The notes below the pieces were generated by a model. It made no database searches and was not told the DNA's origin. It worked only from the letters and a program-made list of their open reading frames with translations. From positions 16,475 through 80,474 of the IMG/VR virus record IMGVR_UViG_3300031951_009873: a stretch of DNA of 64,000 nucleotides; one strand, 5' to 3'. The DNA is from a virus. This document shows positions 29,599 through 37,343 of this stretch, piece by piece. Every line of letters begins with the position of its first letter. Position 1 is the first letter of the stretch. The position numbers and the translations under genes are program-made.

Positions 29599-29816
29599 CA
29601 GTTCATATAAAAAGACATATTGCAAAAGCAATTACATATAGAATAGTAGGTACCTTGACAACATTTATTATTTCGTATATATTTACGGGTAGTATATCTC
29701 TATCATCCGCGATAGGGGCCACAGAATTAATAGTCAAACCCGTCAATTATTTTTTACACGAACGGGCGTGGTATAAGTGGATTAAATTTGGTCTTACTAA
29801 TAAGAACGAGGAATAA
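29595..29816 (+). CDS. DUF2061-like small membrane protein
   Basis: KRHIAKAITYRIVGT ... YFLHERAWY. Confidence 0.85.
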   Translation: MTVHIKRHIAKAITYRIVGTLTTFIISYIFTGSISLSSAIGATELIVKPVNYFLHERAWYKWIKFGLTNKNEE

Positions 29817-29819
29817 TAT

Positions 29820-30584
29820 ATGAGAATTTTGGTTATGGGATTGCCTGGGTCTGGAAAGACTACATTATCTAAGGTATTGGCGGAAAAGTTAGATGCCGCT
29901 TACTTCAATGCAGACGAAGTACGGAAACAGTTCAACGATTGGGACTTTTCTGAAACTGGTCGTAAACGTCAAGCATATCGGATGCGGGAACTTTGTGATA
30001 TGTCAGAAACGTATCATACGGTGGCAGATTTTGTCTGTCCCACAGAAGAAACCCGTGAACTCTTCTTACCAGATTTTATTGTGTTTATGAATACAATAGA
30101 TGCTGGGAGATTTGAGGATACCAATAGAGTGTTTGAGGTACCCGAAAAGGTAAATGTATTGGTGAATGGATGGATAGACACAAATACACAAGCAGATATT
30201 ATCATTGAACAAATCAAGAAAGTGGACGTACATTTTGGTTGGCAGAATCCTACGGGACTGATGATTGGTCGGTTCCAACCATTCCACGATGGGCACTTGA
30301 AGTTATTTGAGACTATCTTGGAGAAGGAAGGTCAGGTACTTATTGCGGTCAGAGACACCTATAATACCGACGAAAAGAACCCATTCAATTATGTGGAGGT
30401 TATCGAAGGAATCCACAAGAAGCTGGAAAATAAGTACCGTGGAAAATACTATATAATGTCTGTCCCGAATATCACTGGGGTCTATTATGGTCGGGATGTG
30501 GGATATAAAGTCGAGAAAATCAATCTGGACCCACAAACTGAATCGATTTCTGCTACCCAAATTCGGAAGGAAATGGGGAAGTAA
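29820..30584 (+). CDS. cysC: Adenylylsulfate kinase fused to an HxGH nucleotidyltransferase domain (candidate compact PAPS synthase)
   Basis: MGLPGSGKTT, NADEVR, DFS..GR, ADFVCP, FE.P; C-terminal IGRFQPFHDGH ... ISATQIR. Confidence 0.8.
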   Translation: MRILVMGLPGSGKTTLSKVLAEKLDAAYFNADEVRKQFNDWDFSETGRKRQAYRMRELCDMSETYHTVADFVCPTEETRELFLPDFIVFMNTIDAGRFEDTNRVFEVPEKVNVLVNGWIDTNTQADIIIEQIKKVDVHFGWQNPTGLMIGRFQPFHDGHLKLFETILEKEGQVLIAVRDTYNTDEKNPFNYVEVIEGIHKKLENKYRGKYYIMSVPNITGVYYGRDVGYKVEKINLDPQTESISATQIRKEMGK

Positions 30585-30586
30585 AC

Positions 30587-30596
30587 GATATTTATT
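30587..30596 (+). promoter_or_regulatory. Phage-type GATA(T/C)TTAT motif (putative late promoter), possibly giving a leaderless mRNA
   Basis: GATATTTATT ends 3 nt before ATG 30600; the same motif occurs in six other intergenic gaps. Confidence 0.55.
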
Positions 30597-30599
30597 AGT

Positions 30600-31166
30600 A
30601 TGCAAGTAAATGTACCTGCGAATTGTGAAAGAATAAATGTTTTGTTTTCTGGAGGGGCAGATAGTTCACTATTGGCGTATCTGTTGATAAAGCAAAATAC
30701 TGATATACCGATAGTTCTTCATTTTATGAAACATAGGCTGGATTTTCAGAGTCCACACATGACTAACTGCCACAATTGGTTAGAACGACATTTTAATAAG
30801 AAAATTTTGTTAAATGGATGGGGAAAGACATTTATTAGACAAGCAGTTGAAATGATACTCATAGACTTTCCAGGATATGTGTATAGTGGGTGTAATAAGG
30901 TTCCTGAAAACGTATTTGTTCCAACGGTTATTATTCCGTACGATACCCCGCCGGTACGTGGTACTGAATATAATGAGTTTCATAAACGTCCGTTCATAGA
31001 AATGTTAAAGCCAGAGTTATATAAAATATACCAGAAAGAAAATATTTTAGATTTATTTAATCTATCTTTTTCTTGCGGGGCTCCTGTAAAAAATGAAGAT
31101 GGAGTAAATGTTCCGTGTGGGGGTTGTTTTTTCTGTATGGAACGCGTATGGGGAATGCAAAGTTAA
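30600..31166 (+). CDS. QueC-like PP-loop ATPase B
   Basis: LFSGGADS; SFSC...PCGGCFFCMER. Confidence 0.8.
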   Translation: MQVNVPANCERINVLFSGGADSSLLAYLLIKQNTDIPIVLHFMKHRLDFQSPHMTNCHNWLERHFNKKILLNGWGKTFIRQAVEMILIDFPGYVYSGCNKVPENVFVPTVIIPYDTPPVRGTEYNEFHKRPFIEMLKPELYKIYQKENILDLFNLSFSCGAPVKNEDGVNVPCGGCFFCMERVWGMQS

Positions 31167-31189
31167 TTATACACTAGTTTGGAGATTTT

Positions 31190-32689
31190 ATGTCTGTATA
31201 TAATGTAGTTTACACCGGAGACACATCAAATCTTGTTACCAGTCTTACCTCCGCAGGTATCACTGTTAACAAAACATTTGAAGCTCTTAAGGTTTTAAAT
31301 GTTACCTCGGATAGTTCTGATTTTTCTCAATTTGCACAAATACTTGTAGTTGAGGAAGATATAGAAACCACGCCTGTGTTGGGTGCTTGGGCATTAAATA
31401 GAGTAAACAGTAAGATGTTACCTATGAGAAATGTATATACCCCAAGAAATTATGGCGATAACGTGGTTGTGTATGTTGTGGACTCCGGTATCGACTGGAC
31501 ACATCCAGAACTAACACATCTTACTCCAAACAATTTATATTCATATGATGAAAATTTCCAAGACATTATAGGTCACGGAACTGCTATTGCTAGTTTAGTT
31601 GCGGGAATGGTAGTGGGTGCATCTAAGTACGCCGTCTTAAAATCAGTAAAAATTCAAAGTGGAGTTCCCATACCAGTTAGTGATTTATTAACTGCGTTCA
31701 ATGTAATACTTACTGACCACAATGTAACTCCAACAGTTGTAAAAGTTGTAAACTGTTCGTGGTCAGTTGCAAAAAGTCAAATTCTTGATTTAAAAATTCA
31801 AGAATTGAAGGACGCGGGATTGGTAGTAGTTGCGTCGGCAGGTAATACTGTGTCAGATGCAAACTTACTGTCTCCTGTGGGATTAAACACCGTAATAGGT
31901 GTTGGTGCATGTGATGCATACGACAGAGTAATTAACTGGGGTCCAGCTGCAGGGTCAAACTGGGGGCCTGATGTAGATATTACTGCGCCAGGAATAGATG
32001 TAGAATATGCAAATGTTTCCGGTGGACTTATGTTGGGGTCAGGTACATCATTTGCGGCAGCTCTAGTTAGTGGATTAATCTGTCAATATATCTCCGCATA
32101 TCCAACAAAAACAGCAGCAGAAATACAAAGTGAATTCCTTGCCGCAGGTTTGCCGGATATGTTGTTTAGAAACGAAACAATATATGGTACTACCCCCAAT
32201 CTTTTAGCACAAGCTCTAGCACACGAAGAATTATTCACTTCACCGACACAAGTTTATTACAAAATACAACGTGGAACGGAATTGATTATTCCTATAACCG
32301 TGTTATCTCCTGCAGTAGCCGTACGTATCGATGATATTTTATTTGGTACACACGTACGAGATTGTTTACCGTGGGTGACTAGAAATAGTAATGGTGAGTT
32401 GGTAGTTTCACCACCAGCAGATTTGTTAGTTGGTGGGTATCGTATGTTTTTAGAAGCATTAGATGAAAACAATCAATCGTTAGAGATACGAGGAATTCGT
32501 TTTGGTGTGTACAATATAGACCCTAATGAAGTGGATTCAAGTGAACCAGATCAATATTATAGTCATCAAGAAGATGGTACAGTTGTAGTTCGTTTGGACG
32601 CATGTGTGTCTAGTTGTTTTGATACGTGTTCTGAAAGTTTCAAAGAAGGTCAATGTGCTTGTATTGGTGGTGGATGTAGTACTTTTTAA
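31190..32689 (+). CDS. Subtilisin-like S8 serine protease with prodomain, Ig-like region and Cys-rich tail
   Basis: VVDSG (Asp), GHGT (His), SAGN, SGTSFAA (Ser); C-terminal CVSSCFDTC...CACIGGGC. Confidence 0.9.
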   Translation: MSVYNVVYTGDTSNLVTSLTSAGITVNKTFEALKVLNVTSDSSDFSQFAQILVVEEDIETTPVLGAWALNRVNSKMLPMRNVYTPRNYGDNVVVYVVDSGIDWTHPELTHLTPNNLYSYDENFQDIIGHGTAIASLVAGMVVGASKYAVLKSVKIQSGVPIPVSDLLTAFNVILTDHNVTPTVVKVVNCSWSVAKSQILDLKIQELKDAGLVVVASAGNTVSDANLLSPVGLNTVIGVGACDAYDRVINWGPAAGSNWGPDVDITAPGIDVEYANVSGGLMLGSGTSFAAALVSGLICQYISAYPTKTAAEIQSEFLAAGLPDMLFRNETIYGTTPNLLAQALAHEELFTSPTQVYYKIQRGTELIIPITVLSPAVAVRIDDILFGTHVRDCLPWVTRNSNGELVVSPPADLLVGGYRMFLEALDENNQSLEIRGIRFGVYNIDPNEVDSSEPDQYYSHQEDGTVVVRLDACVSSCFDTCSESFKEGQCACIGGGCSTF

Positions 32690-32715
32690 AATATGTATAA
32701 TATAACAGTTATTAT

Positions 32716-33141
32716 ATGATACGAGTGTATACCGGAGGAACATTTGATTTATTTCACTATGGTCATATGAACTTCCTCCGGCAGTGTTCTGAGTTAGGTG
32801 ATGAGGTGATAGTGGCATTAAACACTGACGAGTTCATAGAAAAATATAAAAATCAGAAACCTATACTGTCATACGCAGAACGTTATGAGAGTTTAATGGG
32901 TTGCAAATATGTCACTCGTATAGTAAAAAATTTGTCAAGTGAGGATAGTAAGCCCACCATCTTGTCAGTACAACCTGATATCATTGCAATTGGAGATGAT
33001 TGGAAACATAAAAACTATTATAAACAAATGATGTTTACTGAAGAATGGCTTCGAGAACATTACATTGAATTGGTGTATTTGCCATACACCTCTATTATTT
33101 CTACCACTATTTTGAAAGAACGTATTAGGTATGGAAAATAA
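32716..33141 (+). CDS. tagD: Glycerol-3-phosphate cytidylyltransferase-like (TagD family)
   Basis: YTGGTFDLFHYGH, LNTDEF, ER, IGDDW, YLPYT..ISTT. Confidence 0.85.
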   Translation: MIRVYTGGTFDLFHYGHMNFLRQCSELGDEVIVALNTDEFIEKYKNQKPILSYAERYESLMGCKYVTRIVKNLSSEDSKPTILSVQPDIIAIGDDWKHKNYYKQMMFTEEWLREHYIELVYLPYTSIISTTILKERIRYGK

Positions 33142-33880
33142 AATTGCAGTTGTTATTCGTGGACAGTTCAGAACTTGGAATTTTTGTAAACATCAAACAT
33201 TTCACGTATTTGAATCTCGCTATCCAGAAGTTGACTGGTATTTTATGTCCTGGGAAGATAGTGTCACAGACTCACAATTAGAAACACTGCAAGAAGATTT
33301 CAAAGACAGAAATGCCACAATAAAAATACTTGTTCGTGATGAAACTGGAAATAATTCTTGGAATTCTCAACGTCGGTTAGGTTATGAATTACTAGGTAAA
33401 ATGGATGCCTACACACAAATATTTGAAATGCGCCCAGATGTTTATTTGGAGATATCTGACACTCAACAATTTCCAAGTAACAACACACAATGGTATGTTA
33501 CTGGCCTGAGAACTAGAGAAGAAGTGTGTAGGGAATCTGATAGATACATTCGACGAGTAAAGACCAGCATCAACGATTGGTTCTATGTGCAAAATCCTCT
33601 CATGTTCCAAAAATTCACTGAGTCATATACAGAGTCCATGAAATTGGAAGGACCACGGGCACAACTAGTTGATGTGGCTCTAGGAAACAACATAGAGATT
33701 ACTGACATCTCTGATGTAGTGACCCCATGGGTGCTTCGTCCCACATACACGCCCAACGCACTATTTGGTCATGAAAAATTATGGATGGGGATGGCCAGCA
33801 AAGAAAAAATAAAATTGTTGGAATCTTTGAATATTCAGATACAAGATTATAAAACTAATAACAGGTTTATTAGTATATGA
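33131..33880 (+). CDS. Hypothetical protein, possible glycosyltransferase-like
   Basis: KIAVVIRGQFRT N-terminus, MRPD and NDWF motifs typical of a viral glycan-cluster family. Confidence 0.4.
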   Translation: MENKIAVVIRGQFRTWNFCKHQTFHVFESRYPEVDWYFMSWEDSVTDSQLETLQEDFKDRNATIKILVRDETGNNSWNSQRRLGYELLGKMDAYTQIFEMRPDVYLEISDTQQFPSNNTQWYVTGLRTREEVCRESDRYIRRVKTSINDWFYVQNPLMFQKFTESYTESMKLEGPRAQLVDVALGNNIEITDISDVVTPWVLRPTYTPNALFGHEKLWMGMASKEKIKLLESLNIQIQDYKTNNRFISI

Positions 33881-34788
33881 AATATGAAAGAAGCATTTTG
33901 ATAAGAAGAACTTTACCAACTGTTGAGTTTGCACCAAGCTATTTTGGGCAGGTGTTGAAATTTCCACACCAAGGTGTTAGAAAATTTCACAATAACTATG
34001 ATAGTGAACGCTATCAGGATGTTGTAAAATTAGTTAGTGATTTGGAGATTTCTGAAGAGATATGGCCATATTATCACCTCGAAGAAGACTTTTACAAATA
34101 CAACTCTTTTGGTTATCGTACTTATGAATTGGATGAACTACAAAAATCTTTTGATATTGCTATAGGTTGTTGTTGTGTGGAGGGGTTAGGGTTAAGGCAG
34201 GAAGAAACCTGGGTACACCATTATGAAAAAAATACTGGCAGACAACTTGTTAACTTAGGAAAAGGTGGTACTGGATCAAACTACATTAATATAAACTTAA
34301 CTGCCTGGTTGAGTCATCGCCGGCGTCCAGACAGAGTTATCATTTTTTGGTCAGATCCAACCTCTAAAACAGTGTTTCGTGATAATGGTGATTTTACTAC
34401 ACTGCAATTTGGAAACCAACGTATACATCCAGTGGTTACTGATGGTGATGAGAACATAAATAAATGGTACAAAGCTGAACTACAAGACCGAGGCATTTCC
34501 AGTAATGAATTTGTCTTGACATATATGAGCACAAATGTTATGTTACACAGTAGTGGTATAGATGTTAGAAACTTTTTTCCTAGCATTTATTGGAAAGAAG
34601 AAGATGTAAGAAGTATAGAACAGTTCACCAACACCCAAGCTCACTATCTGGATTACAACAATGTTAGTGGCGGGTGGTCCTCTTTTCGTGATTATCAATA
34701 TTTTCCTTCATCTGACATGACTCATCATGGTTGGCAGCATCAAAAACCAATAGCAACTAAAATAGGTGAAATTTATGAAAATACCTGA
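33877..34788 (+). CDS. SGNH hydrolase-like protein, paralogue 10 (Cys in the nucleophile position)
   Basis: YKYNSFGYR, IGCCCVEGLG, NLGKGG, DMTHHG. Confidence 0.6.
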   Translation: MKYERSILIRRTLPTVEFAPSYFGQVLKFPHQGVRKFHNNYDSERYQDVVKLVSDLEISEEIWPYYHLEEDFYKYNSFGYRTYELDELQKSFDIAIGCCCVEGLGLRQEETWVHHYEKNTGRQLVNLGKGGTGSNYININLTAWLSHRRRPDRVIIFWSDPTSKTVFRDNGDFTTLQFGNQRIHPVVTDGDENINKWYKAELQDRGISSNEFVLTYMSTNVMLHSSGIDVRNFFPSIYWKEEDVRSIEQFTNTQAHYLDYNNVSGGWSSFRDYQYFPSSDMTHHGWQHQKPIATKIGEIYENT

Positions 34789-35014
34789 TATTAAAGAAAT
34801 CATTACCGCTTGGCATCATGCAGCCAACCCTACACCAGAACAACGAGAATTGGCTGAGTATCGTGGTTCTATTTGTGAGAGATGTGAACATAAAGAGTTC
34901 CGAACACTTATCAGATTCTATGTGTGTGGAGCATGTGGGTGTCCAATATCAAAGAAAATATACAGTCCCAAACCAGGCCCAGAAGCTTGTCCTAAAGAGA
35001 AGTGGGATAAATAA
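34775..35014 (+). CDS. Small Cys-rich zinc-finger-like protein
   Basis: R..ICERC....CGACGC....K....CPKEKW. Confidence 0.75.
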   Translation: MKIPDIKEIITAWHHAANPTPEQRELAEYRGSICERCEHKEFRTLIRFYVCGACGCPISKKIYSPKPGPEACPKEKWDK

Positions 35015-35033
35015 CGTAATTTATTAGTATTGC

Positions 35034-35043
35034 GATATTTATA
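35034..35043 (+). promoter_or_regulatory. Putative late promoter motif
   Basis: GATATTTATA upstream of structural ORF 35072. Confidence 0.6.
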
Positions 35044-35071
35044 CTAGTACACTTTAAGAGTAAACCACAGT

Positions 35072-36508
35072 ATGGGATTCATAAACCAATTCTCACGCAA
35101 CGTAAATACACGGACAGAAACCGTCATCTCTAAAGATGCGGGGTCACCTGATATTGCAAGTTCCTCGCTCCAAACAATGGGTGGGGCATTTGTGTTATTG
35201 GATGCCAAGGTGTCCACAAACCCACCAGTACGACTTAGATTATATACAGATTCATCCAGTATGGTTATAGATGCTAACCGTGCAGCTGGAAACTTTAATC
35301 TTTCCCAATCTGTAGGATTAATTGCAGATATCAATCTCACCACAACAGAAAAACTAGTATTTGCACCGCCGGTAATCGGACACACCAACGCTGGTGGGGA
35401 GGTGTGGTATAATCTAAGTGGGTCAGGGTTACAAAATGTTACCCTCACTACCTACGCTTTAAGTAATATAGGTGACAGTGAAGATAACAAAGAGGCTATT
35501 CATATCAGTGGGTCACAAGTATTGGTCACAGGTGGGTCGATATACGGAGTTAGTGGAAGTATTACCACCCCAAAGAGTTTTGCAATCTTGAAGGCTAAGG
35601 GTACTTATAATTTCAATGTAGACCAACAATGGGAACGTGGGCTCGCATCGTTTGATCTTGATGGTTGGGAATTTTGGCAAACTCGTTCTCTAACAAGTGA
35701 ATTACACACAACCACTGACCCAACAAAAGTAACCCAACAATTCCCAGAAATTCCAGTCGGGTCTACATTATATGCTGGACAAATTGCAACACGTACCGGA
35801 ACATTCTGGAAAGATGGTAATTTCTACTACTTACCGGTAGACGTAGGAAATGTGTATAGAATTTCTGGTTGGGTATATGGCACGTATGATGGTACTGCTA
35901 ACGATACATTATTTGGTAACTATGATATTGGATTTTTAGTCATCGGCGCAGATGCTGGAAATAATCTAATACCCGATTATACCTTTGCACGAACCGCTCC
36001 TGCTCCTCGTTGGCAATATGTATCTGCCGACTTTACCGTTGGAGCAGGTACTTCATCTTTGGTTGTTGGAACATTTATTGATGGACCATATCCAGCAGGT
36101 TATGGATACGGTGCACCAGTATGTACCTCCCCAACGTATGATTTTCAACCAATGGTATGTCCTGGATACGCTTGGTATACTGGATTTACCGTAGAAAATG
36201 TAACTGATTTTGCTAGTAGATTACGACTATATTCTACGGATATTGAAGATGTACCTTTAGCAGAACAAATCAGACCGTTCGGAAATGTTCCAAACTCTGG
36301 GTCAAAACTTATCGCTGATATGATGTTTGATTCTGCAAGTTATCATTATCCGTTAGTTCCTGTATTGGAAGGATTTACTTGGGAAGACCCTAATTATAGT
36401 CCTGGTGTCAACCGTACCAGTTACATACTAGAAAATTTATCTGCGGTAGCCACAGTATATTCTGGTTCATTAAACGCAGACCTTACCATTTATAACTTAG
36501 AAGATTAA
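35072..36508 (+). CDS. Putative virion protein: duplicated RLRLY domain with inserted carbohydrate-binding-like domain
   Basis: Two RLRLY...LIAD repeats; aromatic-rich insert with YRISGWV and WQYVSADFT (CBM4/9-like). Confidence 0.5.
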   Translation: MGFINQFSRNVNTRTETVISKDAGSPDIASSSLQTMGGAFVLLDAKVSTNPPVRLRLYTDSSSMVIDANRAAGNFNLSQSVGLIADINLTTTEKLVFAPPVIGHTNAGGEVWYNLSGSGLQNVTLTTYALSNIGDSEDNKEAIHISGSQVLVTGGSIYGVSGSITTPKSFAILKAKGTYNFNVDQQWERGLASFDLDGWEFWQTRSLTSELHTTTDPTKVTQQFPEIPVGSTLYAGQIATRTGTFWKDGNFYYLPVDVGNVYRISGWVYGTYDGTANDTLFGNYDIGFLVIGADAGNNLIPDYTFARTAPAPRWQYVSADFTVGAGTSSLVVGTFIDGPYPAGYGYGAPVCTSPTYDFQPMVCPGYAWYTGFTVENVTDFASRLRLYSTDIEDVPLAEQIRPFGNVPNSGSKLIADMMFDSASYHYPLVPVLEGFTWEDPNYSPGVNRTSYILENLSAVATVYSGSLNADLTIYNLED

Positions 36509-36511
36509 CCT

Positions 36512-36775
36512 ATGCGTTTTTATCCATTTGGGTCCAGTTCGCTAAACCAGATATATAATACTACACTTGCGACCACTGCCTCGTTGTCAACTTATGCAGC
36601 ATCTGCGAGTTTCGCAACACGCATACTCAGTGCATCGTTTGCAATTTCTGGTTCACGTGGAATTGCTGGTACAGACGGTAGTTGTAGTTTCACCCCAGGA
36701 CTTACAGGCGACATAGGAATTCAAGGAATTGGTGGTTCGGCTGGTGGGGTATCCTTAGCAGTAGGAGTACCATAA
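36512..36775 (+). CDS. Small Ser/Thr/Ala-rich collagen-like virion protein
   Basis: MRFYPFG N-terminus; G-X-Y runs GSRGIAGTDG and GLTGDIGIQGIGG. Confidence 0.55.
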   Translation: MRFYPFGSSSLNQIYNTTLATTASLSTYAASASFATRILSASFAISGSRGIAGTDGSCSFTPGLTGDIGIQGIGGSAGGVSLAVGVP

Positions 36776-36776
36776 C

Positions 36777-37331
36777 ATGCAATTTTATCCGAATACTATC
36801 TCCGTAAATGAAGTAGCATTTGCTGTAAGTGCTAGTATCGCTAGATCCGGCTCACTTATTGAAAAGTTTGCTGCTGTACCTATAACCGCAAGTTTGGCAT
36901 TAAATATAAGAGGGTCAACTGGAACTGCGGGCACTAACGCAGGACCAATATCTGGGCCAAAGGGGGCACAAGGACAACGAGGTGTAACTGGTCTGCGTGG
37001 AGATAGCGTATATCTTCTCTCCAGTTCATGGCATGATGAAAGTAAAGGTGGGGCTTCTTGTTCATCAGCACCAGCAAATTGTTATCCGTATGATTTCTGG
37101 CCATCCTATAGAGTAGGAGGAGTCAGATTCTGCGACTACAGTGGTGTTTATATTACGTATTATAGTACAGATCTTACTTTGGGAGCAGGAAGTCCAATGT
37201 TCTATAATGAGGTGTGTACGAATCCTGCGCTTGACCAGAAACTTGGTGCATATCAGATTGAACAAACAGTATACAACACAGATGCAAACGGCGACTTAGT
37301 AATAGTAGGTTCATGCGAGCAATCACTATAA
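36777..37331 (+). CDS. Collagen-like virion protein with Cys-containing C-terminal head
   Basis: MQFYP N-terminus; GPKGAQGQRGVTGLRG. Confidence 0.6.
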   Translation: MQFYPNTISVNEVAFAVSASIARSGSLIEKFAAVPITASLALNIRGSTGTAGTNAGPISGPKGAQGQRGVTGLRGDSVYLLSSSWHDESKGGASCSSAPANCYPYDFWPSYRVGGVRFCDYSGVYITYYSTDLTLGAGSPMFYNEVCTNPALDQKLGAYQIEQTVYNTDANGDLVIVGSCEQSL

Positions 37332-37343
37332 AATAATTTAAAT

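Noticed and set aside
2322-30584. Saxitoxin or aminoglycoside biosynthetic cluster
   Set aside because: Only tailoring-type families are shared; no SxtA-like PKS, Rieske oxygenases, cyclitol synthase or exporter/resistance gene is visible in the window
28365-31166. Queuosine / 7-deazaguanine DNA modification pathway
   Set aside because: No folE, queD, queE or dpdA in the window; the queC symbol was therefore not assigned
1-35014. Bacterial chromosomal capsule/O-antigen locus next to a prophage
   Set aside because: No wzx/wzy/wzm/wzt or initiating transferase; the gene families and promoter motif are continuous with the phage structural block, and no att/integrase boundary is seen
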